Below, piece after piece: positions 39,940 to 54,102 of a DNA stretch of 64,000 nucleotides. Made by a program: the position numbers and the translations under genes. Source of the DNA: Camelus ferus (lineage: Eukaryota); the NCBI RefSeq assembly GCF_009834535.1, contig NC_045697.1, positions 90,522,001-90,586,000 on the forward strand, given 5' to 3'. Numbering within the stretch: position 1 is the stretch's first letter; the number at the start of each line of letters is the position of its first letter. A model generated the notes under the pieces. That model had not been told where the DNA came from. It worked only from the letters and a program-made list of their open reading frames with translations, and ran no database searches.

Positions 39940-40340
39940 TTTTTTAAAAATCTTTTTAATTGAGGTATAACTCCATTCATAACATGCACACATCGTAAGT
40001 GTATACTCAGTAAATTTTGACATATGTATATAACTGTGTAACTAACACCCAGGTCAAGATACAGAATGTTTTCAGTACCCAGAACACTCCACATCAGTCC
40101 CCGTTCCCAAAGGTAATCTTCCAAAAGTCAGAAGTTTTCTATCAATAAAAGTTGTTGAACTTTATGTAAATGGGTATATGGTATGGAAGTATGTGGTGTG
40201 TATTCTCTTGTTTCTGTTTTCTTTAGCTTATAATCTATGAGAAATAGCCATGTTGTCACTACGTAGCATTCTGTTGCATGAATATATGCTATTTATTTTT
40301 CCATCCCACTGTTGATAGACATTTGGGTTGTTTCTAGTGA
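39940..40340 (-). mobile_element. Old L1 3' fragment
   Basis: TTTTAATTGAGGTATAAC...CCCAGGTCAAGATACAGAA...TGTTGATAGACATTTGGGTTGTTTCTAG. Confidence 0.75.
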
Positions 40341-40959
40341 AAACAGTTGAAATGCTCTTTTGAAAAGACAGATTTGGTTTTTATGAACGCATAATGTATG
40401 GTTTTGTTCTCTAATAATTTGCAGACTGTTATTTGGTACACATTTTTATTTTCTTCTGTAATAGTTGTAAAATTTCAATATTTTTAATGAAAGTAACTCT
40501 GCTTGTTTGTCTCTCCTCTCTTACCATCATTTTTTTCCCCACATTTTTATCCGTGGTACTTGATCCACCAGTAAAGGAAAGACTGAAGCAGTGAGTTCAC
40601 TGGAAAGACAGGCTTAGAGTTTTTAGGCCTTTGTTGAGGGCTTCTGGTGCAGTTATTTCCCTCTACAGATGAGCACCAGAAGAATTGCGTGACTTACCCG
40701 AGAGCAGCCAGCCAGTGATAAAGCTGGGACCCATGTGTTGTGAATTCCACACAGAGAGCTTTCACTTGCCATGTTGCTCACTTGGATGGGCAGGGAAAGT
40801 GCCAGAAGATTTCTCTTTAATGAAAAAGAAAATAAATACTTAATCCTTTCAAAATGTAATTTGGAAACCACTATTAAGTTACAACAGTGTAGTTACTGTT
40901 TACCCCAGTGAGTCCATTTTGAGACATTTATCCTGAAGAAATAACCTAAAACACATCTG

Positions 40960-41275
40960 CAGGCCACAGCCAGCGGAGCAAGTCAGGCCCACCACCTGTT
41001 CTTACGCAGTCTGCAAACTGAGAATGGTTTTAACCAGTTATAGTGGTCAGAAAAATAAAAATAAAAAGAGTGATATTTTATGATATATGAAAATTATATG
41101 AAGTTCAAATATCAGTGTCCATAAATAAAATTTTATTAGAACACAGACACATTCATGCATTTATTGCTGCTCTCAAGCTACAGTGCCAGAGTTGAGTTGC
41201 GACAAAGACCATGTGGCCTGCAGAGCCTAAAGTATTTATTAATCTGATCTTTACAGAAAAAGCTTTTTGCCTCCA
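40960..41275. mobile_element. hAT-Charlie MER58-like element
   Basis: TGAAAATTATATGAAGTTCAAATATCAGTGTCCATAAATAAAATTTTATT...GGCCTGCAGAGCCTAAAGTATTTA...TTTACAGAAAAAG. Confidence 0.8.
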
Positions 41276-42150
41276 GATGTAAAAAGAAGAAGCACTATGT
41301 GCATTAAAACATGTTTTGAAGCATTTTTTAGTAAAAATAAAAAGGAAAAAGTATGAAAATGTACGGTTATTCAAGTTGTAATTAAATAAATTGATGTTAT
41401 TTGACAATTAAAATTATAATTCTAAGAACTATATACCAGCATAAAAATTCTTCCTATTTGAGAAGTTTAAAAGGACAGAAATCCTCTATGCCTCATTTGT
41501 ATGAACAGAGGTAAAGACTAAAAATAATTTGCAAAAACAATCAGGGCTATAGTGCTGGGGTCACTGATAATTTTTACAACATTTCTGTAGTATTATTTTC
41601 TATTTAATGAGAAATAAAATCCTTACACTAGTTTCTTATCCAGCATCTTTAGAGAATGTGATATTTTACTTAATATTCTAAATGATAGTTAAAATATATG
41701 AGCTACCATTATTCAAGGACTTCAAGAATGGTAGTTTGGGAAGGACCTTAATTTTGTCTACTTTAGTGTTTGCATATTATAGATGAGAGGTTGATATTGA
41801 AGTTTAAAAAATAGAATAATTTTTATTCTCTGAAAACTTAAGAAGTCAGTAAATACACTAACTTGAATGTATAAAATGGCATTATGTAACTATGTTTCAA
41901 AAACCAGATTCTTTCCCCTCTGAAGTGAAATTCAGCTTAATTTAAATGATCAAATTAAATTCACAATCTGATCCTATGCCACTGCCTCATCCGTATTTCC
42001 CAGTCCTTCTGTACATAAATACCCACTTCTAACAAGCCTGATTTATTTTCCTTATGACCTCTCAATGTACCTTGTATATCCATCTGTTCTTTAGCATTCA
42101 CTGACTCTCATTTGGTGCTTAGACAAGGTTGCTTTATATTGTTAAGCAGG

Positions 42151-42608
42151 TGTCTTAATTTTCTATTGCTGCTGTGACAAATTACCACAAACTTAGTGAT
42201 TTAAAACAGCACAAGTTTGTTATCTTGTAGTTCTGGATGTCAGAAGTCTTAAATGTGTTTTTCTGCACTAAAATCAAAGTGTCTACAAAGCTGCATTCCT
42301 TCTGGAGTCTCCAGGGGAGAACCCGTTTCCTTGGCCAGCTTCTAGAGGCCACCTACATTCCTTGCCATGTGGTACCTTCCTCCATCTTTAAAGCCAGCAG
42401 CATAGCATCTTCAAGTCTCTCTTTCTCCTGCCTCCTTCCTATAATAACCCTGTGATCACATTGGGCTCACTTGGATAATCTCCCAATCTCAAGATCCTTA
42501 ATTTGACTACATCTGCAAAGTTCCTTTACCCATGTAAAGTAACATATTCACAGACTTCAGAGGTTAGGATGTGGGCATTTTTGGAGGACAGTTCTTCTGC
42601 CTACTACA
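42151..42608 (-). mobile_element. MaLR MLT1C/D-like solo LTR
   Basis: TG...CA ends; ATTGCTGCTGTGACAAATTACCACAAACTTAGTG, CAGCTTCTAGAGGCCACC, CATCTGCAAAG, TCTGCCTACTACA. Confidence 0.88.
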
Positions 42609-43799
42609 GTGTGTGTGTTTTGTAAAATGTGAGTTTTAATTTTTTTTTTAATATATGCTTATTGTAGACCATTTCGAAAATGTAATTAAACAAAAAATAT
42701 AAAAAGCCCAATCACCCAAAGGCAGCATTTTGATATGTATCCTTTCTTTTTCCTACATTTATGGGTAACAATTTTATTTCAAAATTTCTTAAACTGTATA
42801 TCCTTTGTGTATAGCATATTCATATCATATATGGAAGAGTAAGCAAACTTCACATATATATTTTCATAGTATTTGGTGCCTTATGTAGGAGCCCTTCAGT
42901 ACATATTTATTGTTTGATATTAAGTAGATGCTGAGAAACTGATGAGTTTTCTCAAATACACTTTACGCTGAAGAGTTGATTTAAACATTGTGATAAATTG
43001 ATTCCTTTCTTTATGTTTTATTTGATTCTTGAATGTATCTCTTTATACATTTTCCCTCTTATTTCTACCCATCCATAATCCCGAGGTAATTTCTCATTCA
43101 ATGATTCAAACCAATTCATGCAGTTCATTTCCTTTCAGCCTTTGAAGTGGGACTATGCATACTAATGACTCCCATGCACTTGTTGAAAAGAACTTTCCCG
43201 GAGTGCAGGCTGCCCACTGCAGTGATGTGATGTCCAGGAAGCCTGCCATCTCTGAGTCGCTTCACAGAGATCCTCAGAAAAACTTGAGGAAAGCAAATAT
43301 CTGGGGAATAAGAAGTGGATATAATACTTCTTTCGTAGAAAGAGATAATTTTCTACTAAACATTTAAAACTATTATGTATATACTGCACTTGTTCTAAAA
43401 TTTATTTTCGTATCTTTTGTGATGATACATGTCTCCTATTTTTAGTGGTTTGTTGGACATGATGCTTTCAGATGATAGTTCAGGTAACACTAAACTACAG
43501 AACTGTATTTGTTAGGGTTTGGAGAAAAAAAAAAGTCATGTGGGACATTATCTAATGGAGTTTTAGTTTAAAGGAACAAGTTTTAAAATGGTTTCACTAT
43601 GTTGGTGTCGTGAGGATAGCATAATCTACTGACAGCAGACCTCATGGTTAGACTGGTCTAAGTGGTTTTGTTTTACATCGGTGCTCCTATATTTTGTTCG
43701 TCATTCTTACCTGAGAGCAGACAGCTAGGCAAAGATGAAGAGACTGTCTAAAAATACTTTTTACATCTTTCTTACTATGCTTCCTAGAGAGAGGTTCAA

Positions 43800-44345
43800 A
43801 TTAAGTCTAATGTGTACAGCATAATGATTTGCCTTATGTACGTGATGAAATGATTACCACAGTATGTTTCAAGAACATTTATCATTTCATATCGATCTGA
43901 AATTAAATAAATAGAAAAAAATTTCCGTGTGATGAGAACTCAGGATTTATCCTCTTAACAATTTTGATATATAATGTACAGCAGTGATAATTATATTTAT
44001 GTTGTATGGTACATTCCTAGTACTTTCTTTTTTTAAACAAATGTTGGCTATTTATCTATTTATCACTTTTTTTTAAATGGAGATTGTGGGGATTGAACCC
44101 AGGACCTCGTGCATGCTAAGCACATACTCTACCACTAAGCTACATGCAGTACTTATTTATGTTATAACTGGGAGTTTGTACCTTTTTGACCAACTTCATC
44201 CAATTCTTCCGTCTCCCTACCACCTGTGGCAACCACAAATCTGATATCTTTTTCTATGAATTTGTTTGTTTTTGAAGTACGATTGGCTTACAACACCGTA
44301 TTAGTTCCTATTACACACCACAGAGATATAATTATATATACATTT
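43800..44345 (-). mobile_element. L1 3' UTR with nested Vic-1-like SINE (about 44026-44147)
   Basis: L1 motifs (GTGATGAGAACTCAGGATTTA, TTATAACTGGGAGTTTGTACCTTTTGACC); SINE GGGGATTGAACCCAGGACCTCGTGCATGCTAAGCA...CTACCACTAAGCTA with short TSD AGTACTT (44019-44025 / 44148-44154). Confidence 0.85.
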
Positions 44346-44359
44346 CTTACTTTTAAGAA

Positions 44360-44951
44360 AAACTACTGGATTGGTCAACCTGCTGCAATAGCAGACCATC
44401 ATGTGTGGCTTGGTGGAACTCTCACCTGCGGAACTCTCAACTGAATACCATCTCTTGAGCATCTAAACCTAGTGTAGGCTAATGCAAGCTTTCATGAGCA
44501 TGGCCTAAGAAACTCCTCCTGCTCATTCCTCATTTAGTCCCTTTCCCGTATGATCAAGTATAAAGGTGAGCAAGGAAAGAAGGGAGAGGGAGGAACAGCA
44601 GTAGCCAGAGTAACGCCAATTTCTTCTGTTCCCCAACCTTCATTCCCACAGGGCATGAGGAAGAGGGCCAGGTGACACCTCTATACATAGTGGGTTGCAT
44701 TAAAGGAGAAGAACTTTGAGCTTAGGGAGCATGAATCTTTTATAAAGAACAATTATTAACAGTAAGATATTGAGGGAGACACTATCCTTATTGTACTGTT
44801 TACATTTGCTCTGGAGGGAGACATTGTCTTGTCCAAAACTGTTCACCATACAAGCATCCTTGAAAAGATAATACAGAACAAAGACTTTCAGGGCCTGGGC
44901 TTGTGTGGTGTACAGAAACATGAGAGACCAATGGAGTATTGTCTACCAACA
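44360..44951 (-). mobile_element. ERV1-class LTR related to the 9044-9518 element
   Basis: Shares GAGGGAGACATT, CTGTTCACCATACAAGCATCCTTGAAAAGA, CAGAACAAAG, GTACAGAAACATGAGAGA with 9285-9518; ends CCAACA. Left boundary approximate. Confidence 0.7.
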
Positions 44952-44979
44952 CTGTTTTATCTATATATATGTTTATTAT

Positions 44980-45110
44980 CTTAAACTCCATGTGGGTAGA
45001 GATTTTTGTCTGGTTTGTTCAATTCTGGATCTCAAGTGCCTAGAGCAGTGCCTAGCATACAGTAGGTGCTCGATAAGTATTTGTTGGGTGAATTAATGAA
45101 TAGATGAGTA
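44980..45110. mobile_element. L2 3' end
   Basis: GTGCCTAGAGCAGTGCCTAGCATACAGTAGGTGCTCGATAAGTATTTGTTGGGTGAATTAATGAAT. Confidence 0.8.
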
Positions 45111-45868
45111 TGAATTATTTAATCAATTTCCTAATGATATATTTAGGAATGATGAGAAAAAATAACCTTGGTATGTGCGTATTTCTATTAATATAGCTCA
45201 CTGGTGTTTAGATACTACCTTTATGTTGTGAAAGTAAATTTCCATTTTAACAGTGATCTTTATTATATTAAAGCCATATATTATTAAATTTGATAATATA
45301 CACATTTAAAGAGAAGCCATGGAAAAGGAGATATATACTAAAACATGTTATGGGTTTTGATGTGGTTGGGGACTTTTGAAACAAAGAGCTGTGTGTAGAC
45401 ACAGATCAGCAATAGCAGTGAATACCCAGCTTATTGAGTTATGATGTACCACATGGATTTAATTAAAATTTCAGCTGCATTTTTTTCACTATGGGTCTAA
45501 GTGGTTAGATTCAATTTTGTTAAGTGCAGGACTTGGTTTACGCTACAAATTTTCCATTTGTCCCTTGGGTTTATGTAATTCTCCCAGTTGTACCAAAAAT
45601 GAAAATATTCATTCCTTTAAATATTCATAGGTTATATTTAGTTGTGGTGCAATGTTGGGCTGCATTTAATTTAAGAAACAGTGGAGTGGGAAGTTCGCTC
45701 TGCCACTACAGAGCTTTACAACCTTGGACAAGTCCCCGAATGTCTGTACCACATTTTCCATTCTACTTTGAGGAGATCAGAATAGATGCTTTTTTAATGT
45801 TCCCATTCTAGATCTTTTTCTGTTTTGGATATTCACGCATCTATCGTTCATTATGATTCTGTTTTCAG

Positions 45869-45954
45869 GTGATGTCCTTGTTGCTGTGAACGATGTAGAT
45901 GTGACCTCTGAGAACATAGAGAGAGTTCTGTCTTGCATTCCTGGACCTATGCAG
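45869..45954 (+). CDS. INTU: INTU coding exon 3 ([32 protein letters not shown])
   Basis: TTTTCAG acceptor and CAG|GTGTGG donor; 86 nt restores phase 0; GD-x-hydrophobic-x-x-VN PDZ signature. Confidence 0.96.
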
Positions 45955-47504
45955 GTGTGGACATTGTTTTTCTGTGTTTTATGATGAATTATATGAAATA
46001 AGTATATCTTGCTATTTTTTTTTAATTCTGAAGGTAGTCATGTATAATGGGTAAGCTATACTTACACTCTTGGATAATTTTCAAATGCTTGTTAACATTT
46101 TTAGCTTTTGGAGATTGTTCCAAAGAGAGAGAGAAATATCTACAAATATCGAGTCATGCAGGAACAAGAACAATACTAAAAATATATATAATGACCAACT
46201 TTGCATTATAAGTACCATATGTGCTGATGAGAGTCCAATTCCTAGAAAAGTCATTTAAGACAGTCATGGAATTTTCTATTCTCTTAAACTCTAGTTTCTA
46301 TAAAGTTTTTTAATGTAGTTTTAAACTACATTTTAAAAACTATTCTATTTTGTTGAGTTTTTTCATTACCTAGTTTAGCCTCACTGCTGAGCTTTTGTTT
46401 AGCTACTTAATGAATTATTTTTCATTCCTTCTAGGTAAAAATAAATCTCTTTCTTCAGTTACACTCTAAGCATTGACATTTTGTATTACTGATGACATTT
46501 TTTAGGTCATTAGATGTAGTCTTAAAATGCTGTACTTCCTATTTGTGAATGTGCTGCTCCTGTTAACATCAGGAATTGGCTTTCTCTCTTTGAAGAGTTG
46601 TGGAGGATGATACGCTTTCGCTGGCTAGAGGCTCTGTCAGGTGGTGAGAGGATGAAACAGTTTTTGGATTGATCAGGATGAAAAACAGAAGGCTTGATAA
46701 ATCAGAATCTTATCTGTATCTGATAGGAGATTCTGAAATAATAGGTCCCATGATGATAATTCTTGTTTTCTGAGAAACAAGGTTTCTCTTATGTTCACTT
46801 CCTTCTCCCAATACACAGACACACACACATGCACACACACACACAGATGCTCAGTAACCTTAGCTAGCATTGGAAATGCCAAATGATAGTGCTAGAATAA
46901 TTGTGGCAACCAGCAACCAGCAATGCCTAGGCGTGGATAGAGAGATGGAGATGGAGACGGGGTGGTGTTTGAAATAATAGCAGTCCGGTGACACCAGGCC
47001 TAGTGCCGGAGTAGGGTGTGCTGTTACCCCTTCAGCTGCTAGAGGAAGGGGAGCAAGAAGGGGGGCAAAGGTACTGGGGCACCTCAGGGGGCTCAGACGG
47101 CAGCTACTTACCATTCAGTAATGAAGAATTACAGTGTTTTAACAACTGAAACAGCCTCCCCCATGTACACTGGCTGCACCTCAGCCCTGAGTCAGGGCTC
47201 CTCCTTTCTCGCCCATGTCAGTTGCAGGTGTACTGCCGGAGTTCAGCCACATCCTTTCTGTCTGCAAAAAAAAGAGTTATGTTTCCAGTGGAGTTACATT
47301 ATATGTATATTTAATTAACATTTGCAAATTCAGCTATGCACACTTGGCAGAAAAAAGAGGAGAAAGAAATAATGATTTAAATATTTTGGCCCAATTTCAC
47401 CACCATTTCCATGTCCTCATTGAGCATGAAATAGGAGTTGTGTATCTGCTGTTTGCCTAGTTCGCCTTACAGCTGCATTAAGTGTGCTTCTATGTTCAAA
47501 CAAA

Positions 47505-47600
47505 TGTGTATGTGTATATACAAGACATATATATAAAATATATATATGTTTTTATGTATATGTATGTGTGTGTGTGTGTATATATATACATATATATATA
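47505..47600. repeat. Compound (TA)n/(TG)n microsatellite
   Basis: Seen directly. Confidence 0.9.
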
Positions 47601-48569
47601 ACAACATGACTGTTAAGTGCCTATTCTTAGAGCTTGTGCCAAAATGAGGAAACAGCAATTTGTCTCAAAGATGGAAGAAAAACTGTTGCAAGTTGGAATT
47701 ATCATATTGAGAGAGTATGTTGCACTCCAGCACAGCCTTGTCTTCTTACTGTAATTTCAAGGGGATTTTTACTATATACAAGTTGAGAATTAGGAAGGGA
47801 ACTAGTGGCTGTGCCAGGAAGTGTTTTGGTGCTTTGCTGATACCATTTCCTTTGATAGTTTCATTTATTCCTCATAACCATCTGTAAGAGTCTGATCATT
47901 TGTGTTCCTATTTTACACAAGAAGAAAAAGAATCTAAGAGAGAGTTAATGATCTGTCCATGGTTGCAGAATTAATGACTCAAAGAACTGGAGCTGGTACG
48001 ATCCTTCCGTTTCACACACAGGGGGGTGGACCTTTGTGTCTGCATCCCCTTCCTCTTGCTGGGCTAGAACTAACTGCAGCAGACTTGTGTCAGAAAAGGT
48101 TGTTTTACCTCATTTGTATCTGTTGCACTTCAAACAGTTATTCAAGCAATAAGAGGAATGCGGATTTATCAAGAATACCTTAGGAGATGTAATTTGGAAA
48201 TACCCAACAGTAACATTTTTAACTTATACTCAGAGTATAAAAATAGCCTGAAATGCTTTTTGTCATCCAACAGAAGATGCCCTGGGACAGTGTGTAATGT
48301 GGTGGAAAGGTCACTGAGGAGGAGGAGGGCAGATCTCTATTTCAAACCTCTCACTGAGCAAGTTTCCAAACTCTCCTGGGTTTCAGTTTTCTCAGAGGGG
48401 ATTTGAGAGAATAAATCTCAGAGCCCTATTCCAACACTACAGTTCTGTGTTTGAATTTTAAATAAGTTCTGTTATAAATAGATTGAGAATACCAGAGTGA
48501 AGTCCCAAGGCGTAGCCTATGTACTAGGTGAGGCACAAGGAACCCAAATCATTTCCTTTAAAGCCAGGT

Positions 48570-49175
48570 TTTAACGTTCTGCAAAACAGTTGTCTTAGAT
48601 TCTTCAAAAATGTTAATATCATGAAAGAAAAAAGGGTTGGGAAACTATTTTAGACTAAGCCAGGCTGAACTGACATACAAGCAAATGCAGTGACTAATCC
48701 TGAACTGATCCTGCGCTGCAGTGGGGAGCAGCTGTATTGAGACAGTTGGGGAAATTTGAATATGGACTTTATTACAGATTAGTATTGTGTTTAGTATCAA
48801 AATTCCGAAGTGTCACAATTATATTTGCTTGTGTATCCTTAGGAGACATGTGCTAAAATATGTAGTGATGAAGTTTTCAAATAGCTGCAAATCATGATCA
48901 AGTGGTCTGGGCCAAAAATTTTTTTCCATTCAAGTACAGTTGGTTGCAGTGTATCAATCTCTAGTGTACAGCATAATGTCAGGCAAAACAATCTTTTAAA
49001 TACACAGAGGTGGTGAGAATGGTAGGAGAGGGGAGAAGAGGTGGGGAAGCAAATGTGACAAAACAGTAACAATGGGTGAGGAATTGGTGAGGAATACAGC
49101 TGGGGGAGGAATATATAGGTAATCAGTCTTCTTCTTGCGACTTTCTTTAGGTTTAAAATTTTTTTAATAAAAAGT
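48570..49175 (+). mobile_element. Old L1 3' UTR (L1MC/ME-like) with a small antisense L1-tail insert near 48915-48980
   Basis: GTTGGGGAAATTTGAATATGGAC, CTTGCGACTTTCTTTAGGTTTAAAATTTTTTTAATAAAAAG. Confidence 0.65.
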
Positions 49176-50509
49176 TGTGGGTTTAAAAAGAAAGTTTTTA
49201 GAAATTCAGATTACAAGAATGAAGGTACAGGTACTCTTCTAATTTTTTACTTTTGTGACCTTGGTCTGCTGCCACAGCTCTGTGCACTCATTTATTCAAA
49301 AAGCACGTAATCATACAGGTAGAGCACCATCCCCTCCCTGGGCCTGATCAGGGGGTCAGGTCCAAACATTGCAGGTGACCAGGACTGATTGCATTGAGCA
49401 CTGGGCCACAGCCAGTTTTCCTCGAGCTTTGGAGGAAACCAACTCCTTTTCTGGGAGATCAATCTACAGAACGTTAACCTTAGACCCATACCTTCTAAGT
49501 ACTTCTTAGGCCTGAAACAAGAAGAAAAGGCATCTTAAAGGAGATGATACTTGTGTAGAATGTTTTAATGTTTATTATTTCCTTGTTCCACAAAAATGAT
49601 ACTCATATATACTGTGGAAAAATTAGGAAGTCGACTGGTAAATTTTTTTGTAAGTATTTGTAACTTTTTTTTTTTAATTTTCAGAGCCCAGAAATAACTA
49701 GCTCTTTCAGTATTTTAAAGCGGAGGACTGAGGTGATCAGATTTTCATTTTATTAACATATTTAGACATTACTGGAGGTTGGGAAACCAGGTGGTCGGTT
49801 TTAGTCCAGAAGAGAGGGGGTGAAGGCCTCAGCAAAGGCCTTGGCTGTGGAGATGGAGGAGAAGGAGTAGATTTGATTTAAAGTATGTGGGAAGCGAAGA
49901 GGATAGCACTTCCTACAGGAGAGAGCGGAGTCCAAGATGCCTTCCAGGTTCTGTCTTCAGCGGTCCTGTGAGATTGCCCAGGAGAGGAGGATCAAGGAGA
50001 GAATTTACTGAGCAGAGTAGACTCAATTCCTTCAGAATTTTGACTAAGGAATATTCAAAGCATCTGCCAGGCAAAAGAGAAAGGATCAGGCTTGCAGAGA
50101 GCAGCAGAGATATTGTGAGAGAGACGGTGCAGACCATGAGGCAGAGGTGAGAGTCTGGTCTGGCTCTGGAGCTGCTTCAAACCTTGACAGTCTCCCTAGG
50201 TCCCGTGTGTGAAGAGGAAGACATGGTAGCTAATGAGGAGAGAGAGGGTTGGTTTGTTTGGCAGGGGCTGGAGAGACATTGCTTGTTGCATGGGATGGGT
50301 TGGAGATAGAAGTAGAGGAAGCAACAAGATTTTGGAAGTGGTAATTTATACAGAGCATTTCCTTGGACCTGAGGGAAGCCACGTCATCTCTTGAACTGGG
50401 AGGGAAGGCAGAAAGAAAGGATGGGCAAACCGCACAAACAAGAAAACATTTTGAGGGAGACAGGAGGTGATGAAACTTGTCACAGGTTAATGTCCATGGA
50501 GGAACAACA

Positions 50510-50584
50510 GAAGACCCTTTTTATGAGAAGCTTCATGTAAACTCAAACGGAAAAACCCTTTTTACAAGAAGCTTCATATAAACT
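50510..50584. repeat. Imperfect tandem duplication, ~41-bp period
   Basis: GAAGACCCTTTTTATGAGAAGCTTCATGTAAACT / GAAAAACCCTTTTTACAAGAAGCTTCATATAAACT. Confidence 0.85.
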
Positions 50585-53041
50585 ATCTTAGATGTTTCTT
50601 AATTAAAGATTTTTCGTATAGAACACATTTAACATCCTTAATATTTACATATACCAACCCCTTTAAAAAAAATAGCACTCAACTCTTAATTTAGTTATCT
50701 ATCTCACCCTTTTATCATTTTATCAAAGCAACCAGATTTCCTGACATTTATAACTGCTTAACATGTAAGCCTTTCAAAATGTCTTGCTAAAGAGTAATTA
50801 TCTTTGCATTAAATCAGAATGGCGGCTAAGATAGTTCCTTAAGGAATGTTAATGGATGGTTCTGTGGTGTATTTGTTTGAGTTCTTGTCGTGGTGAGAGG
50901 AAAAGGTTGTTGCACCACAGACAAGAAATGCTGTTTGTTTGCCAAATGTAACATTAAAGTTCGTTTTCAAGTGTGTCCTTCTTCACTAGGCAGAGCAAAC
51001 CAATCTTAAAATTTAGGTTGCTGTTGCCGCCTAAGGTAAAATTGGTAAATTTTTGTCTACCAGCTCATTTCCTTTTGTCATTTTTGGTGAGTCATACCCT
51101 ATCTTTTGACCTCCCCAACCACAAAAATCTCAGCTGAAAGAGATGCGCTCCCTGTTCGGAGGCATGTTTCTTTCTGCAAGGACCCGTCTTTCTCCTTGTT
51201 CCACATCTAGGGTGCATGGCTCTCATGGACGCATAGCCGACCCAGCCTGCCTCTGTGACACCTGCTTCCTTAGGATGTCACTCATCTCGTGCTTCCTACC
51301 ATAAGATTTCTCACCCTCCCCTCCATTCACATACCTAGCTCCTCCCCAGAGCCCGGTGCCAGGGGAACAGTCTTCAAAGCTCCCTTCTCTACTGGTACAA
51401 AGTCTGCACTCAGGATTTTCCCAGATTCTAAAGATTTCTCACATTTCCAAGGAAACCACCAAAGACTCCCATGTATTTTATTTGGACCCTCCGAAGTCCT
51501 CATTCTCAGATAAAAGAACCCCCTGACCACCAAGCCATTTATTGCATCAGATCTTTGTTCCAGAATTTAATATATTTATGCTTATGTTTCTGTTTTTATC
51601 TGTGTATACATAGGTTGAGCATTACCCACTAGAACAGATGCCACCCTTAGAACGTAGTCTTTCAGGCCATATAATGCTTACATGTTGCCTATTTGGGTCA
51701 AAATCTCACACCAAATTTTGTTTTTCATATCTCTCTAAGATCATTTCTGAGAGTGTCTCTTCAGCTCTTCCTCACCTTATCCTTATATTAATTTTCCTCA
51801 GATAACTCTTGATTGTTCCCATATAGGGTCTCTAATTTGTTTTATATATTTTTGTTCAGCTTTCTTAATTTTTTCCCTCCGAATATACTAATTTTCTACT
51901 CAGCCTTTTTAAGTATTGTATTCTAATACTGAGGGCCCATTTTTCAGCATGAGGTTTGCAGAAAACATTAAAAATTTAGTAAAGGTTGAGATTTTCCATT
52001 TGGAATATTAAATGTTTTGTGAAAAAAAGCATGATCATTGGACTTAGAAAAATTTCATGAGGAACTTCTCCCTTTTACTCTCTAGTTGTGACCTGGTTCA
52101 TCTTAACTCTAAATATATACATATTGATGAATTTAGACCCCATGTCTCTTTTCCGCTTTTTAATAAAATAAAATCTGAAACCTATTTTAGAAAATATATT
52201 TATTTAACTTAATTTACTTTAGGTAGACAAAGATAACTTACTGCCTCTGAAATGCCAGACAGCTACAGATAAGCAAAATTGAATACAACCATAAATAGTC
52301 ACTCCCTGCCAATCAAAAAAAAAAAAAAGAATATCTAGATATTTTTCCTTTTGAAAGGTTTTATTCAATCAGGATAGATTTATTTTATAGTACAACACTA
52401 ACAATAGCTGGGTGAGCTGATGGGATTATGAATGAATTTTTAAAAATAATGTACTTAACATTTTTGCTAAAAATATATAAATATATAAAACTCATTCTTA
52501 AAAAGAGTGACAGTGATATGTTTGGTGTTTATCATATATTTAAAGTTGGCCTTAAAAATGGTACCTCTCAATAAATTATTAAAATAGGGATTGTTTATCA
52601 CTGTCTTGATAATAATTTTTAAATGTTTTCTCAAAATGCAACTTACTACATATAAACAATTTTATCTGCTTTTAAATATTGAAAAGATTTCTTTTTTCCC
52701 TCAGTTTTATTGAGGTATGATTGATAAAAACTGTACATGTTTAAGTTATACAGTGTGATGATTTAATATACATTTATTCTTTATTCTTGATCAAGTATGA
52801 ATTTATTTTTTGATTTAAAATGTAATCTAATTTTAAAAATCACTGCACTTTAAAGTCTAAATTTAAAATTTTATGGATTGTTACAATTAGAATGTCCCAT
52901 TTTACTCATCTGTATTCTGATAAGGTCTTAAACATTAGAAATATTTTGTGTCTGTATAGCTTATGATGATGTCCTTGCTACACAAAACTATATTTAGTGA
53001 AAACTTCTTTTAGTCAAGATACACACTGGTGCGCCTTTGAA

Positions 53042-53121
53042 TTTTTTTTTTTTTTTTAATGGAGGTACTGGGGAGGTACATGGTTAGCATTCACTCCACT
53101 TATTTCCCTCCCCCGCCCCCT
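53042..53121 (-). mobile_element. Degenerate, internally deleted Vic-1-like SINE
   Basis: poly-T then AATGGAGGTACTGGGG; TSD ACACTGGTGCGCCTTTGAA (53023-53041) / ACACTAGTGCTTCTTTGAA (53122-53140). Confidence 0.7.
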
Positions 53122-53898
53122 ACACTAGTGCTTCTTTGAAATGAGCAAGCTATCTTTGGCCAGCTGGCATCTAGACACATATCTCCATTTGCAAGGAAAG
53201 GTAATTGAGAAGTAGAAGCTACCTTTCAACAACTGGAAAATGGCCACATTCTGGACTCTTACCAATCTTGTTTGACATCAGGCCATGAAATTAAAACCAT
53301 CTTGATAAAACTGATAATCTTCTTAGGGCCATGATCCAAGATCCAGCATGTGGACAGTTTTTTTTACTCTTCTTAGCCTTTATTCTAAATGATCACAAAG
53401 AATGTCTAAGAGAAGAATATTTGAGTATCACCTCACTTGAAAGGAGAGCTAATTCTGGTTGTATGAGATTGATTTTAATCTTGAATCTCTTCCTTCTACC
53501 TTCCCCAGATGAGTTAGTGCTGTTGGCATTTATAATATAATGTTGCTCTTTATTACACTATCAGATCATACTAATTTTTTCCCCATGGCATTTCTTGTAT
53601 TTCTTGTCAATACTTAGAATACAGTGATTAAGCTTAAATTAATGAACTTATTACAGAGAATTATACATTCCTACTCTATAAGCATTTGTAATCATATGTG
53701 CCAGACATTGTCCTAGGAGCTGGAGATACAAATATAAACAGAGTACACAGTCCCTGCCATCAAGGAGCCCAATGCTCTAGGATGACTTTTATGCATACTG
53801 CGCATACCTGGGTGCATATGTGCACATACAGATCCTTCTTTGTGAAAACTGCAGCTGATTTTCCGTCATTGAAAAATCAACCTTTTAATTTTTTAAAG

Positions 53899-54102
53899 GT
53901 GAAACTGACATTTGAAAATGCATATGCTGTGAAAAAGGACACAACTCAACCAAGACAGAAAAAGGCACAGTCAAACACTAGTGATTTGGTAAGACTTCTC
54001 TGGGGAGAAGACATTGAAGGTATCCAGCAGAATATCTTAAACTCTCCTCACATCATCATGTATCTCACACTACAGCTCGACTCAGAAGCATCAAAGGAAG
54101 AG
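53899..54102 (+). CDS. INTU: INTU coding exon 4 (VKLTFENAY...[10 protein letters not shown])
   Basis: TTTTTTAAAG acceptor and GAG|GTGAGT donor; 204 nt, phase 0-0; lies within ORF 53698..54168. Confidence 0.96.
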